Below, one piece after another: positions 27,839 to 38,237 of a stretch of DNA of 42,046 bases. The notes beneath the pieces are model-generated. The model was not told where the DNA came from and ran no database searches. It worked only from the letters and a program-made list of their open reading frames with translations. The DNA is from Arcobacteraceae bacterium (GTDB lineage Bacteria; Campylobacterota; Campylobacteria; Campylobacterales; Arcobacteraceae). The translations under genes were made by a program, and so were the position numbers. The first letter of the stretch is position 1, and each line of letters begins with the position of its first letter. The stretch is taken from NCBI GenBank assembly GCA_965224485.1, contig CBDCZH010000014.1:1-42046 (forward strand). Direction: 5' to 3'.

Positions 27839-30515
27839 CGTAAGAGTATATGAAATCGCAGAAGAAGCTGGAGCTAGTAGCAATGATGTAATAGTAAAAG
27901 CAAAAGATTTAGGGATTGAACTTAAATCACCACAAAGTGCGGTTTCATTTGAAGATGCAGAAGAAATAGTAAAGTATATTATGAATGGTGAAAGTAAGAA
28001 ATTACTTAAAAAACCTGAAGTTAAAAAAGTAAGAAAAGTTCTTAAAAATGAAGAAACACCTGAACCTACTACTGTTCTTGAAGAAAAAGTAGAAGTTAAA
28101 GAAGAAACAAAAGAAACTCTTACGAAAGAAGAAATTCCTGCTGTGCCTAAAGAAGTAAAAGTTGAAGCTAAAGAAGAAGCTAAAACAGAAATAAAAGTTG
28201 AAGCAAAACCAGAACCTAAAACTCCCTCAGAGCCTATTAAGAAAAACAATAAAATTATTCCTAAAAGAAGAGGATTAAAAATTGTTAAAAAGATTAAGCC
28301 AAAGCCAGTTTTTGTTGAAGAAGTAATTACTGCTAAAAAACAAATGAAATCTTTAAGTGAAATACTTGGAAATGCAAATGATTCAAGTGATGGAATAGGT
28401 AAAAAAACTGAAGCAATTAGTAGAGTTAGAAAAGACAAAAAAAGATCAATTGCAAGAGCTCAAGATCATGGTAAGAAATTAGAAATTAATTCTCATCCAA
28501 GAACTTTTAATAATAATAATCATAATAATAGAGATGTTGCTGATTCGATTTTAGGTGAAGAAGTTGTTTTATTAGATATGTCAATGACTGATACTTCAAA
28601 ACTTCTTGATGATCCAAGACCTCAAAACAATAATAAAAATAAACAAACTAGAAGTTCTAAACCTTCTGCTTTTGGAAATAGACCTCAGGGATTAAGAAGA
28701 GGAAGAAGAAAGAAAAGATTTAGAAAAGAAATTATTGCTGAAGATATTACTCATATCACAATTCCTGAAGATGTAAGAGTTTATGAATTTGCTGAAGCTT
28801 GTGGAAAAACTGCTTCTGATGTAATCTCTGTTTTATTTGGGTTAGGTATGTTAGTTACTAAAAATGACTTCTTAAAACAAGACGAACTTGAAATATTAGG
28901 TGAAGAATTTGGTATTGAAGTTACAGTAAAAGATGCCTTAGAAGATGTTAATTATGTTGAAGATTATTATGAAGAAGAAGTTGATGAAAGTAATTTTGTA
29001 ACACGTCCTCCAGTTGTTACTATTATGGGTCACGTAGATCATGGTAAAACTTCTTTATTAGACAAAATTAGAACTGCAAAAGTAGCTTCTGGTGAAGCTG
29101 GTGGAATTACTCAGCATATTTCAGCTTATACAATTAAGCAAAACGGTAAAGAAATTACTTTTGTAGATACTCCTGGGCATGCTGCATTCTCTGAAATGAG
29201 ATCACGTGGTGCTAAAGTTACTGATTTAATTATAATCGTAGTTGCTGCTGATGATGGAGTTAAACCTCAAACTGAAGAAGTTATATCTCATGCAAAAGCT
29301 AGTGGTTGTCCTATTATTGTTGCAATTAACAAAATCGATAAAGAATCTGCAAATATTGATATGGTTAAATCACAAATGGCAGAGAAAGAGATGACACCTG
29401 TTGATTGGGGTGGAGATGTTGAATTTATTGGTGTTTCTGCGCTTACAGGTGAGGGAATTGAAGATTTATTAGAAAATATTTTAATTCAAGCTGAAATATT
29501 AGAGCTTAAAGCAGATCCAAGCGCTAAAGCTAAATCTGTTGTTGTTGAATCATCATTAGAAAAAGGTAGAGGACCAATTGCTACAGTTATTGTTCAAAAT
29601 GGTACTTTAAGACTTGGTGATAATATTGTTTGTGATACAACTTATGGACGAGTTAAAGCACTTACAAATGATGCTGGTCAAGCTGTTAAAGAACTTACAC
29701 TTTCTCAAACAGGAAATGTTTTAGGTTTAAGTGAAGTTCCAACAGCAGGAGCTATATTATTAGTACAAGATTCTGATAAAGAAGCTAGAGATATTGCTAC
29801 AACTAGAGCTGAACATGCACGAGCTAAAGAATTATCTAAATCTACTAAAGTTACTTTAGAAGAGATGAGTGGTTTAATAGCAGAAGGTAAAATCAAACAA
29901 CTTCCTGTAATTATTAAAACAGATGTTGGTGGATCTTTAGAAGCTATAAAAGGTAGTTTAGAAAAAATTGCAAATGATGAAGTAAAAGTAAAAGTTATTC
30001 ATGCAGCTGTTGGTGGAATTACTGATTCTGATTTAGTACTTGCAGGAGCTTCTGAGGGTTGTATTATTCTAGGATTTAATGTAAGACCTACAGGTAGCGT
30101 AAAAGCAAAAGCAAAAGCTAATGGTGTTGCTATTAATACTTACTCAATCATATATGATTTAATTGATGATGTTAAAGATGCCTTATCTGGTATGATGAGT
30201 GCTGTTATTAGAGAAGAAAATACTGGACAAGCAGAAGTTAGAGATACTTTCGTTGTTCCTAAAATTGGAACTGTTGCTGGTTGTATCGTTAGTGATGGTA
30301 AAGTAATCAGAGGTGGTCATGCACGTATCATTAGAGATGGTGTAGTAACATATACTGGTAAAATTTCATCATTAAAAAGATTTAAAGATGATGTTAAAGA
30401 AGTTGCAAATGGTTATGAATGTGGAATTATGTTTGACAAGTTTAATGATATTAAAGTTGGAGATTTTATTGAAACATTTATTCAGATCGAAGAAAAAGTT
30501 AGTATTGACGGTTAG
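27828..30515 (+). CDS. infB: translation initiation factor IF-2
   Basis: [39 protein letters not shown]. Confidence 0.99.
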   Translation: MSDNVRVYEIAEEAGASSNDVIVKAKDLGIELKSPQSAVSFEDAEEIVKYIMNGESKKLLKKPEVKKVRKVLKNEETPEPTTVLEEKVEVKEETKETLTKEEIPAVPKEVKVEAKEEAKTEIKVEAKPEPKTPSEPIKKNNKIIPKRRGLKIVKKIKPKPVFVEEVITAKKQMKSLSEILGNANDSSDGIGKKTEAISRVRKDKKRSIARAQDHGKKLEINSHPRTFNNNNHNNRDVADSILGEEVVLLDMSMTDTSKLLDDPRPQNNNKNKQTRSSKPSAFGNRPQGLRRGRRKKRFRKEIIAEDITHITIPEDVRVYEFAEACGKTASDVISVLFGLGMLVTKNDFLKQDELEILGEEFGIEVTVKDALEDVNYVEDYYEEEVDESNFVTRPPVVTIMGHVDHGKTSLLDKIRTAKVASGEAGGITQHISAYTIKQNGKEITFVDTPGHAAFSEMRSRGAKVTDLIIIVVAADDGVKPQTEEVISHAKASGCPIIVAINKIDKESANIDMVKSQMAEKEMTPVDWGGDVEFIGVSALTGEGIEDLLENILIQAEILELKADPSAKAKSVVVESSLEKGRGPIATVIVQNGTLRLGDNIVCDTTYGRVKALTNDAGQAVKELTLSQTGNVLGLSEVPTAGAILLVQDSDKEARDIATTRAEHARAKELSKSTKVTLEEMSGLIAEGKIKQLPVIIKTDVGGSLEAIKGSLEKIANDEVKVKVIHAAVGGITDSDLVLAGASEGCIILGFNVRPTGSVKAKAKANGVAINTYSIIYDLIDDVKDALSGMMSAVIREENTGQAEVRDTFVVPKIGTVAGCIVSDGKVIRGGHARIIRDGVVTYTGKISSLKRFKDDVKEVANGYECGIMFDKFNDIKVGDFIETFIQIEEKVSIDG

Positions 30516-30524
30516 GAAGTTTTC

Positions 30525-30869
30525 ATGAAAAGTGTAAATTTACAAAGAACTGAATCCTTATTAATGGAGTTGGTTCCAGAAGCCTTATCAACTCTAAAAG
30601 ATGAAAGAATAAACTCTTTAGCTATTACTCATATTGACTGCCAAAATGGTAAATATGATGCAAGAGTTTATTATGATGGAAGTGATTATTCAAAGAGTGA
30701 GCAAGAAATCATAAATAACTTGTTGAATAAAGCAAATGGGGCTATAAAGTCTCATTGTTTAAATGCAACAGGTTGGTATAAGTGCCCTAATTTTAAATTC
30801 AAAGGTGATGATTCACTAGAAAAGTCTTTAAAATTAGAAGCCCTGTTTTCGCAAATAAAAAAAGATTAA
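30525..30869 (+). CDS. rbfA: ribosome-binding factor A
   Basis: Follows infB; DARVY, CPNFKFKGDDSLE C-terminal pattern. Confidence 0.88.
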   Translation: MKSVNLQRTESLLMELVPEALSTLKDERINSLAITHIDCQNGKYDARVYYDGSDYSKSEQEIINNLLNKANGAIKSHCLNATGWYKCPNFKFKGDDSLEKSLKLEALFSQIKKD

Positions 30870-30879
30870 AGAAATAAAT

Positions 30880-31308
30880 ATGAATTTAGAAGAATCAATA
30901 GAAATGACAGTAGAAGGCTGTGGCGTAAAACTTTATGACATTGTTACTACAAAAGAGCATGGTAATAATATTTATAGAGTATTTATTACAGCAGAAGGTG
31001 GAATTTCATTAGATAAATGTGCTGAAGTTTCAAGACTTATTTCACCAATTTTAGATATTGATGAACCAATGGGACCTAAGTATTTTTTAGAAGTAAGTTC
31101 TCCTGGTATTGAGAGAAAACTAAAAAAAATGCAACACTATATCGCTTCAGTTGAAGATAATATAAGAGTAAAAGATTTTGATAAAAATATTGTAAAAGGT
31201 AAACTTTTATCAGTTAATAAAGACGAAATCGTAATTAAAAATGAAGAAGGTGAACTTAAAATATCTTTTGATGAGATTTCAAGTGCTTCTACATATTTTG
31301 AGTGGTAA
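30880..31308 (+). CDS. rimP: ribosome maturation factor
   Basis: GISLDKCAEVSR, YFLEVSSPGIER. Confidence 0.95.
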   Translation: MNLEESIEMTVEGCGVKLYDIVTTKEHGNNIYRVFITAEGGISLDKCAEVSRLISPILDIDEPMGPKYFLEVSSPGIERKLKKMQHYIASVEDNIRVKDFDKNIVKGKLLSVNKDEIVIKNEEGELKISFDEISSASTYFEW

Positions 31309-31323
31309 ACACTTAAAATAAAG

Positions 31324-31361
31324 AAAAAAAAGGAAGTTGATATTCAACTTCCTTTTTTTTT
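31324..31361 (+). terminator. rho-independent terminator after rimP
   Basis: aaaaaaaaggaagttga-tat-tcaacttccttttttttt. Confidence 0.92.
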
Positions 31362-31403
31362 GCATAAAATAACGTGAAATATGAAAAAGTGTAAAGGATA
31401 AAG

Positions 31404-32411
31404 ATGAAAATAGATGATAAGTTTTATATGAAACTAGCTATTAATGAAGCATGGAAATATCAGTTTTTAACTTATCCAAATCCTGCTGTTGGGGCAGTAG
31501 TGCTTAAAAACGATGAACTTCTTAGTATTGAAGCACATAAATGTGCAGGAGAAGCACATGCCGAAGTAAATGCCCTAAAAGCAGCTTATATAAAGAAATA
31601 TCCAAATGATAGATTAAAACTAATTCATGACTCAGCTTTGATACATGAGTATTTAATAAAATATCATAATGATTTTTTTATAGATTGTACTATTTATGTT
31701 ACTTTAGAACCATGTAATCATATAGGTAAAACCCCTTCTTGTGCTTCCTTATTAAAAGAACTTAAAATCAAAAAAGTTGTAATAGCCCATGAAGACATAA
31801 ATAAAGTAGCAGCTGGGGGGATAGAAACACTTAAAAGTGCTAAAATAGATATTAGTACTAATTGTTTAAAAAAAGAGGCTTATGAGCTTTTATATCCTTT
31901 TATAAAATGGAGTAGTGGAACATTTATTTTTTATAAAATGGCACAAACTCTAAATGGTACAATATCAGGAGGAAAAATATCCTCAAATCAAGCCTTAGCT
32001 TATGTCCACACTCTAAGAGAAAAAATAGATTTATTAGCAATAGGTGGAAATACAGTAAGAACTGACAAACCAACATTAGATGCAAGATATATACAAGGTA
32101 AAGCGCCAAATGTTTTCATATATTCAAAAAAGAAAATCTTTGATAAGAATATTCCTTTATTTTCTATACCTAATAGAGAAGTAACAATAAGTGATGATTT
32201 ATTTAAATTATTAGATTATAAATTAGTTATGTTTGAAGGTGGATATACACTTTTAGATAAATTAAAAGAAAAAATAGACTACATCATGCTAATAATAAGT
32301 CCAAAAATGAGTGAAGGACTAAATGCTAGCAATATAGATCTAAACTACGAAGTAATACATGAAAATCATATAGGAAAAGAAAAAATTATGTATTTAAAAT
32401 TAAAAAAGTAA
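31404..32411 (+). CDS. ribD: riboflavin biosynthesis deaminase/reductase
   Basis: PNPAVGAV, HAE, TLEPCNHIGKTPSC, TVRTDKPTLDAR, FEGG. Confidence 0.95.
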   Translation: MKIDDKFYMKLAINEAWKYQFLTYPNPAVGAVVLKNDELLSIEAHKCAGEAHAEVNALKAAYIKKYPNDRLKLIHDSALIHEYLIKYHNDFFIDCTIYVTLEPCNHIGKTPSCASLLKELKIKKVVIAHEDINKVAAGGIETLKSAKIDISTNCLKKEAYELLYPFIKWSSGTFIFYKMAQTLNGTISGGKISSNQALAYVHTLREKIDLLAIGGNTVRTDKPTLDARYIQGKAPNVFIYSKKKIFDKNIPLFSIPNREVTISDDLFKLLDYKLVMFEGGYTLLDKLKEKIDYIMLIISPKMSEGLNASNIDLNYEVIHENHIGKEKIMYLKLKK

Positions 32412-32420
32412 TTCTATATT

Positions 32421-33200
32421 ATGAATAATAATTTTGAAGATATTTTAAAGGGTAACAAGTTTCATTTAACTAAAGAACAGCATTTTATTCCAATATCAAG
32501 TATAAAAAGATTTCTAAATAATAATAAAGTTTACTTAAAGAATCTAAAAATAAAAAATAAAAAAGTTGTTATGGTAAATGCTAGTGATGATATATTCAAA
32601 GTTAAACGTCTTTGGTCCCAATCATGTGAAAAAGGTTATATGAAATTAATCGAGGATAAGTTTCAAAAAGTTGTTGATACTTTATTAAAAAATAATTCAA
32701 TAGTTATTAATGATAAGGAAAATAATATAATTTCAGAAATGTATTTATTGTGGAAATATAGAGTTTATTTCATTGAAGAATTTTTAGAGAAGGAAACTCT
32801 TTTTATAAAATTAAATGGCATAAAAGGTGATAATCATACTAAAATAGTTGAAGAGCAATTAGAAAGTATGCTTCTTAGTTATGTTAATAGTAATGGAGAG
32901 ATTTCATCTAGAGATGTTATTGGTTTTCAAATACAACTTAAAATAATAGATGATTTGCAGTATTATAAAAAGATTAACTGGATGTTAATTCATGCGGGTA
33001 AAGATAATTTCATTATGCCAAGTAACCCTTTCATGGATTCTTTTTGGAATGATAATATTCTAAATGATACTATATATTTTCCGATTAATGAAAAATTATG
33101 TTTAGTTCCATATAGCAGTATACCAATTAGCAATGAAATGATTTCTGATTTAAATAGTCTTATGATAAAAAATTCTAAGTGGTTCTATTTTTGGAAATAA
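32421..33200 (+). CDS. hypothetical protein, DUF4238-like
   Basis: N-terminal TKEQHFIPISSIKRF and C-terminal IYFPINEKLCL resemble DUF4238 motifs; very AT-rich. Confidence 0.55.
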   Translation: MNNNFEDILKGNKFHLTKEQHFIPISSIKRFLNNNKVYLKNLKIKNKKVVMVNASDDIFKVKRLWSQSCEKGYMKLIEDKFQKVVDTLLKNNSIVINDKENNIISEMYLLWKYRVYFIEEFLEKETLFIKLNGIKGDNHTKIVEEQLESMLLSYVNSNGEISSRDVIGFQIQLKIIDDLQYYKKINWMLIHAGKDNFIMPSNPFMDSFWNDNILNDTIYFPINEKLCLVPYSSIPISNEMISDLNSLMIKNSKWFYFWK

Positions 33201-33221
33201 CCTAATAAAAATTAACTTATT

Positions 33222-33345
33222 AAAAGGTAAAGATATATTGGATAAATCAAGATAGAGTTTTTTTTGATGAAGGAGCTTATGTCAATAAGTGAGCGAAGAA
33301 AAGAAAGCTATATCGCAGCATTTATACAATATAGCTTTGCCTTTT
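33222..33345 (-). repeat. 124-bp long imperfect palindrome, ERIC-like element copy 3
   Basis: Arms aaaaggtaaagatatattggataaat.../...atttatacaatatagctttgcctttt; core aGGAGcttat-gtca-ataagTGAg (minus strand TCActtat-tgac-ataagCTCC). Confidence 0.85.
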
Positions 33346-33350
33346 TTATT

Positions 33351-33911
33351 TTATTTTACTTTTTCTACGTAATCGCCTGTCTTTGTATCACATTTTATAA
33401 TATCACCTTCTACTAAGTGAAAAGGAATTTGAACAACTGCACCACACTCTAGAGTTGCTGGTTTTTTACCACCTTGAGAATCACCTTTAAAGTTAGGTGG
33501 AGTTTCAACAATTTTCATTTCAACAGTTGCAGGAGGCTCAACAGTAATAGCTTCACCTTTAAAAAACATCATATCAACATTCATACCATCTATAATCCAT
33601 TTTTCAGCATCGCCTACTTGATCATATGTTAAACCAATTTGATCATATGTTTTTGTATCCATAAATTGTAACATTTCACCATCATCATATAAAAATTGCA
33701 TAACTTTTTGTTCTAAATCTGGTGTTTGGAATTTATCACCTGCATGAAATGTTTTTTCAATAGTTTTTGCATTTAAAAAGTTTTTGATTTTACATCTTAC
33801 AAATGCAGCACCTTTACCAGGTTTAACATGTGCGTAATCTGTGATTTTATATGGAACACCATCCACTTCAATCTTCATACCTTTTTTTAAATCACTCATT
33901 CCTAAAGCCAT
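33351..33911 (-). CDS. efp: elongation factor P
   Basis: [20 protein letters not shown]. Confidence 0.98.
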   Translation of the reverse strand: MALGMSDLKKGMKIEVDGVPYKITDYAHVKPGKGAAFVRCKIKNFLNAKTIEKTFHAGDKFQTPDLEQKVMQFLYDDGEMLQFMDTKTYDQIGLTYDQVGDAEKWIIDGMNVDMMFFKGEAITVEPPATVEMKIVETPPNFKGDSQGGKKPATLECGAVVQIPFHLVEGDIIKCDTKTGDYVEKVK

Positions 33912-33945
33912 ATTTTCTCCAATTGTATTTATTCTGTATACAAAA

Positions 33946-33951
33946 ATTATA
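33946..33951 (-). promoter_or_regulatory. -10 element for efp
   Basis: TATAAT on minus strand, 35 nt upstream of the efp ATG; GGAG SD. Confidence 0.45.
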
Positions 33952-33954
33952 ATG

Positions 33955-33995
33955 AAAAACTAAATAAGTAAAACTCTTAACTTATTTAGTCTTTT
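33955..33995 (-). terminator. terminator hairpin after serA
   Basis: actaaataagt-N10-acttatttagt 11-bp stem, followed by T-run on minus strand. Confidence 0.7.
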
Positions 33996-33998
33996 GTC

Positions 33999-35582
33999 TT
34001 AAATTTCTGCATAAGCTACATGATTTGCAGCTTTTATATTTTCTAATTTACTTAATAACTCATGGTTAATATGCTCATCAACTAAAATAACAGCTAAAGC
34101 TCCATCTTTACCACGAGATAGTCTAAAGTCAGCAATATTAATACTATTATCACCTAAAATTTGACCAACTTCCCCAATAACACCAGGAACATCTGAATTT
34201 CTAATTAGAATCATATTTCCCTTTGGTTCAATATCAAAACTAAAACCATTGATTTCAACTATTCTTTGAACATTTTCATCAAATACAGTTCCAGAAATAG
34301 TATTAACACCATTTTGTGTTGTTATTTGAATAGTTACTTTATTACTGTATCCACTTGGTTGTTGGCTTTCACAAGAGGTAAAAACAATACCTTTTTCTTC
34401 AGCTGCAAATTTTGCATTTACGTAATTGATTTTATCTCCTGCACCAACAGAAAGAGCTCCTACTGTTGCAAAAGTATAAAGAGAATCTAAATACTCTTTA
34501 ATCTCACCTTCGGCACAAAGAGAAATAGATCTAATAGCACTTTTATCACTTTGAGCAGATAAAAATGCCATTTTTTGAGTTAATTCAATATATGGTTTAA
34601 CATAAGAAGGTATTTTACTCTCATCAATAGGAAGATTTAAAGCATTTGGATATGCAATTCCTCTTGCTGATTCAATTGCATTTTGTGCAGCTTGAATAGA
34701 AATCTTCTTTTGAGATTCTTTAGTATTAGCACCTAAATGAGCAGTTACTGTAATATTTGGTAAATCTAATAAAGGGTTATTAGTAGCAGGTTCTTTAGTA
34801 AATACATCAATTCCTGCCATTGCAATCTTACCAGATTTTAAATTATTAAAAAGTGCTTCTTCATTATATAAACCACCACGTGCACAGTTTATAAGAATAA
34901 CACCATCTTTCATTTTTGCAATTTCTTTTTCACCAATTATATTAAGTGTTTCAGAATTCTTTGGAGTATGAATAGTAATAATATCACAAGCTAAAAGCTC
35001 ATCAAAGTTGTTTGTATACTCAATCCCTAAATCAGTTGCTTTAGTTGAAGGAATATATGGATCATAAGTTAATACGTCCATTTCAAAAGATTTAGCTCTT
35101 AAGGCAACTCTATGACCTATATTACCAAATCCAATAACTCCAATTTTTTTACCATATAACTCACTACCATACCAATCTTCTCTTTTCCAGATACGATCGT
35201 TTTTTAATTGATTATGAGCATATGGAAACTTTCTCATACAAGATAAAATATGTGTTAGCGTTAATTCAACTGCTGCTATAGTATTTGCCGTTGGAATGTT
35301 CATAGCAATGATTCCTCGTTTGCTACAAGCTTCCATATCAACATTATCATAACCAACACCAGCTCTTATAATTGCTTTTAAATTAACAGCTGCACTCAAA
35401 AAAGTTTCATCAACATCAGTTGAACTTCTTGTAATTGCTATGTCTGCATCTTTAATAACATCTAATAAAGCTGTTTTGTCTATATCAGCCGCATATACAT
35501 AATTTATATCTTTAGTACTTTGTAAGATATTTAACCCATCTTCATGGATATGATCACAAACTACAATTGTATGTTTACTCAT
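33999..35582 (-). CDS. serA: D-3-phosphoglycerate dehydrogenase (long form with ACT domain)
   Basis: RAGVGYDNVD, GFGNIG, NCARGG, HLGANT, C-terminal NSDVPGVIG. Confidence 0.97.
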   Translation of the reverse strand: MSKHTIVVCDHIHEDGLNILQSTKDINYVYAADIDKTALLDVIKDADIAITRSSTDVDETFLSAAVNLKAIIRAGVGYDNVDMEACSKRGIIAMNIPTANTIAAVELTLTHILSCMRKFPYAHNQLKNDRIWKREDWYGSELYGKKIGVIGFGNIGHRVALRAKSFEMDVLTYDPYIPSTKATDLGIEYTNNFDELLACDIITIHTPKNSETLNIIGEKEIAKMKDGVILINCARGGLYNEEALFNNLKSGKIAMAGIDVFTKEPATNNPLLDLPNITVTAHLGANTKESQKKISIQAAQNAIESARGIAYPNALNLPIDESKIPSYVKPYIELTQKMAFLSAQSDKSAIRSISLCAEGEIKEYLDSLYTFATVGALSVGAGDKINYVNAKFAAEEKGIVFTSCESQQPSGYSNKVTIQITTQNGVNTISGTVFDENVQRIVEINGFSFDIEPKGNMILIRNSDVPGVIGEVGQILGDNSINIADFRLSRGKDGALAVILVDEHINHELLSKLENIKAANHVAYAEI

Positions 35583-35599
35583 TTTTTCAAATTCCTAAA

Positions 35600-37252
35600 T
35601 TATTTAATTTGGTCTTTTAATAAATCACCTAAAGTCATTGATGATGTATCGTTAACTGCTTTTAAAATTTCTCGCTCTTGTTGTTGCTCTAATCTTCTAA
35701 TAGATAATCTTACTCTATTTCTTTTTGTATCAATATTTACAATAACAGCTTCAACTTCAGCTCCAGTTTCAATAGAATCTGCTTCAAATGGACCAAAATC
35801 TTCTGTTCTAATTAAACCATCTAAATTATTTTCTAATTTAATGAATAATCCAAAATCTTTTAAATCTTTAATTGTTCCAGATACAATATCACCAATTTTA
35901 TGTGTTTTTTGAAAAGCTTGAGCAGGAGAATCAGAAATTTCTTTAACTGATAAAGAAATATTTTCTTTATCCATATCAATTTTAATGATTTTAACTTCTA
36001 CTTCATCACCTTTTTTATAAACGTTTTTACATTTAGTATTAGATTCCCAAGAAGCTTCTTCATTATGTAATAAACCATCAACTTCATTAATAGTTACAAA
36101 AGCACCAAATTCAGTTAATGTAGCAATTTTACCAATAATTACATCTCCAACTTTGTTCTCTTTAGCAAATTTAGCAAAAGGTTTCTCTTGTAAGTTTTTT
36201 AATGAAACTCTTAATCTTTTTTTCTCAATATTAAGTTCAATTACTTCAACATTAACTTCATCACCTAAAGTTAATAAATCTTTTGGATTTTTTAAGTTTT
36301 TGTTCCATGAAATTTCAGAAATATGTAATAAACCTTCAATATCATTTCCTAAATCTACAAATGCCCCATAAGATTCAAAGTTAGAGATAGTAACAGTAAT
36401 AGTATCACCTACTTCTAATTCGTCTTTGATTTCTTCCCAAGGATTTGGAAGTGCTGCTTTAATTGATAATGATAAATGTTGTTTAGATTTATCATAAGAT
36501 AAAACTTTAACTGTAACTTCATCACCTTCGTCATAATAATTTGCAGGATTAACAGGTCCTTTGTAAGAGATTTCATTGTAGTTAACTAAACCATCAATTC
36601 CACCTAAATCAACAAACATACCATAAGAAGTAATTTTCTTGATTATTCCATTAACTGTTTCATCTTTTTCTAAAATTTCAGCAACTTTAGAATCTTTTTC
36701 TAATTTACTCTCTTCAATTAGTTTTTTTCTTGAAACAATGATAGAGTTTTGAGCTGCGTTTACTTTTAAAACTTTAGCTTTAACTTTTTTACCAACTGCC
36801 CCAATTGCTTTCATATAAGACTGAGCCATAGGCATGAAGTACTCACAACCTTCTTCATCTTCTAAAATAAATCCACCTCTGTTCTTAACAGAAATAACTT
36901 TACCTTCAATTACTACATTTTCAACATCTTCACCATGAATTTTCATGAATGCATCAAATTTTTCTTTTTGAAGAACTTTTTTATGTGAAATAGAAGGTCT
37001 TTCACCTCTAACTCCCATTAACATAACTGGAATTTTATCACCAGCACCATATTTAACTTCACCATTAACAGTGATTTCTGAGATATAGATTTGACCTTCA
37101 ATCTTTTGACCTACATCTACAAGAACTCTATCACCGTCAATTTCAACGATTATACCGTCAACAACAGAGTTGTTTTCCGCATTTTCGAAAGACTCATTAA
37201 GCATTTGCTCAAAATCATAGTCTTCACCAATTTCAATATCTTCGATACCCAT
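35600..37252 (-). CDS. rpsA: 30S ribosomal protein S1
   Basis: Repeated S1 domains (YGMFVDLGGIDGL, YGAFVDLG...GLLHISE, FGAFV). Confidence 0.97.
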   Translation of the reverse strand: MGIEDIEIGEDYDFEQMLNESFENAENNSVVDGIIVEIDGDRVLVDVGQKIEGQIYISEITVNGEVKYGAGDKIPVMLMGVRGERPSISHKKVLQKEKFDAFMKIHGEDVENVVIEGKVISVKNRGGFILEDEEGCEYFMPMAQSYMKAIGAVGKKVKAKVLKVNAAQNSIIVSRKKLIEESKLEKDSKVAEILEKDETVNGIIKKITSYGMFVDLGGIDGLVNYNEISYKGPVNPANYYDEGDEVTVKVLSYDKSKQHLSLSIKAALPNPWEEIKDELEVGDTITVTISNFESYGAFVDLGNDIEGLLHISEISWNKNLKNPKDLLTLGDEVNVEVIELNIEKKRLRVSLKNLQEKPFAKFAKENKVGDVIIGKIATLTEFGAFVTINEVDGLLHNEEASWESNTKCKNVYKKGDEVEVKIIKIDMDKENISLSVKEISDSPAQAFQKTHKIGDIVSGTIKDLKDFGLFIKLENNLDGLIRTEDFGPFEADSIETGAEVEAVIVNIDTKRNRVRLSIRRLEQQQEREILKAVNDTSSMTLGDLLKDQIK

Positions 37253-37293
37253 ATTATTCCTTCGTATTAACCATATTTATTAAAATGAGGTTG

Positions 37294-37299
37294 ATTATA
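37294..37299 (-). promoter_or_regulatory. -10 element for rpsA
   Basis: TATAAT on minus strand about 42 nt upstream of the ATG; AAGGA SD. Confidence 0.45.
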
Positions 37300-37354
37300 T
37301 CTAAAATAGGCTTAATATAAGTTGCGTAGGTCTTGGAGGAATTTGATAAGGAAA

Positions 37355-37383
37355 GAAGCTTCTTATTTACTATAAGAAACTTC
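37355..37383 (-). terminator. possible hairpin after ispH
   Basis: gaagcttcttat-ttact-ataagaaacttc, 12-bp stem with one mismatch. Confidence 0.45.
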
Positions 37384-37390
37384 ATCTAAG

Positions 37391-38224
37391 TTAGATTTTT
37401 TCTATTATTGTAACTACTTGTTGTATAACCCAATCTGGAGTTGAAGCCCCAGCTGTAATACCACAAGATGATTTGTTTTTAAACCAAGATAAGTCTAAAT
37501 CTTTATCATTTTCAATTAAATATGAATCATTACAGTTTTCTTTACAAATGGAGTGTAATTGTTTTGTATTTGAAGAGTTTTTTCCACCAATAACAATCAT
37601 AATATCAACACTATTTGATAACTCTCTTGCAGCATCTTGATTTTCAAAAGTTGCATCGCAAATTGTATTAAAAACTCTTACTTCTTTTGTTTTTAAAATT
37701 AAAGCATTTACAATTTCAAGGTATTTTTCTTTCTTTTTTGTTGTTTGTGCGATTGTTGCGATTTTGTCATGTTTAAATCTTACTTTATCTAAATCAGAAG
37801 CTTCTAAAACGACATGAACATCATCTTGATCTTCTCCATAAGATTTAACACCTTTAACTTCAGGATGGTCTTCATCTCCAAAAATTAAAATTGAGTAAGA
37901 CTTTGATGACATTCTTTTTACAATTTGTTGCGGTGTTGTTACAAAAGGGCAGGTTGCATTTATTACTTTTGCATCTTTTTGTTTTAAGGCTTTTAAATCA
38001 TTTTTTGGAATTCCATGTGTTCTTATAATAACAGTATCATCATCTTTAACTTCATCTAAAGTTGTATAAAGTCCTACATTAAAATTATCTTTTAATCTAT
38101 CAATTTCATTTTGATTATGTATTAAAGGACCCATTGTTGCAGAGTTCTTATACTCTTCTGCAATTTTTATTGCTCTTTTTACACCAAAACAAAAACCATA
38201 TGACGAGGCTAGGGTTACTTTCAT
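37391..38224 (-). CDS. ispH: 4-hydroxy-3-methylbut-2-enyl diphosphate reductase
   Basis: GFCFGVKRA, ATCPFV, TICDAT, SSNT, TAGASTP. Confidence 0.98.
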   Translation of the reverse strand: MKVTLASSYGFCFGVKRAIKIAEEYKNSATMGPLIHNQNEIDRLKDNFNVGLYTTLDEVKDDDTVIIRTHGIPKNDLKALKQKDAKVINATCPFVTTPQQIVKRMSSKSYSILIFGDEDHPEVKGVKSYGEDQDDVHVVLEASDLDKVRFKHDKIATIAQTTKKKEKYLEIVNALILKTKEVRVFNTICDATFENQDAARELSNSVDIMIVIGGKNSSNTKQLHSICKENCNDSYLIENDKDLDLSWFKNKSSCGITAGASTPDWVIQQVVTIIEKI

Positions 38225-38237
38225 TATTAATTACTTT

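Noticed and set aside
28020..28260. Low-complexity E/K/P-rich repeats in IF-2
   Set aside because: The variable charged N-terminal linker is a normal feature of IF-2.
27821..28438. 205-aa antisense ORF over the infB N-terminus, and other short antisense or nested ORFs in the track (for example 4058, 4583, 5959, 19407, 20217, 35544, 36153, 39094)
   Set aside because: Shadow frames of conserved genes with no motifs or SD; expected from codon bias.
33194..33345. Integron attC site after the DUF4238-like ORF (TAAC overlaps the stop)
   Set aside because: No matching RYYYAAC...GTTRRRY boundaries around the hairpin and no integrase in the window; the hairpin fits the ERIC-like family better.
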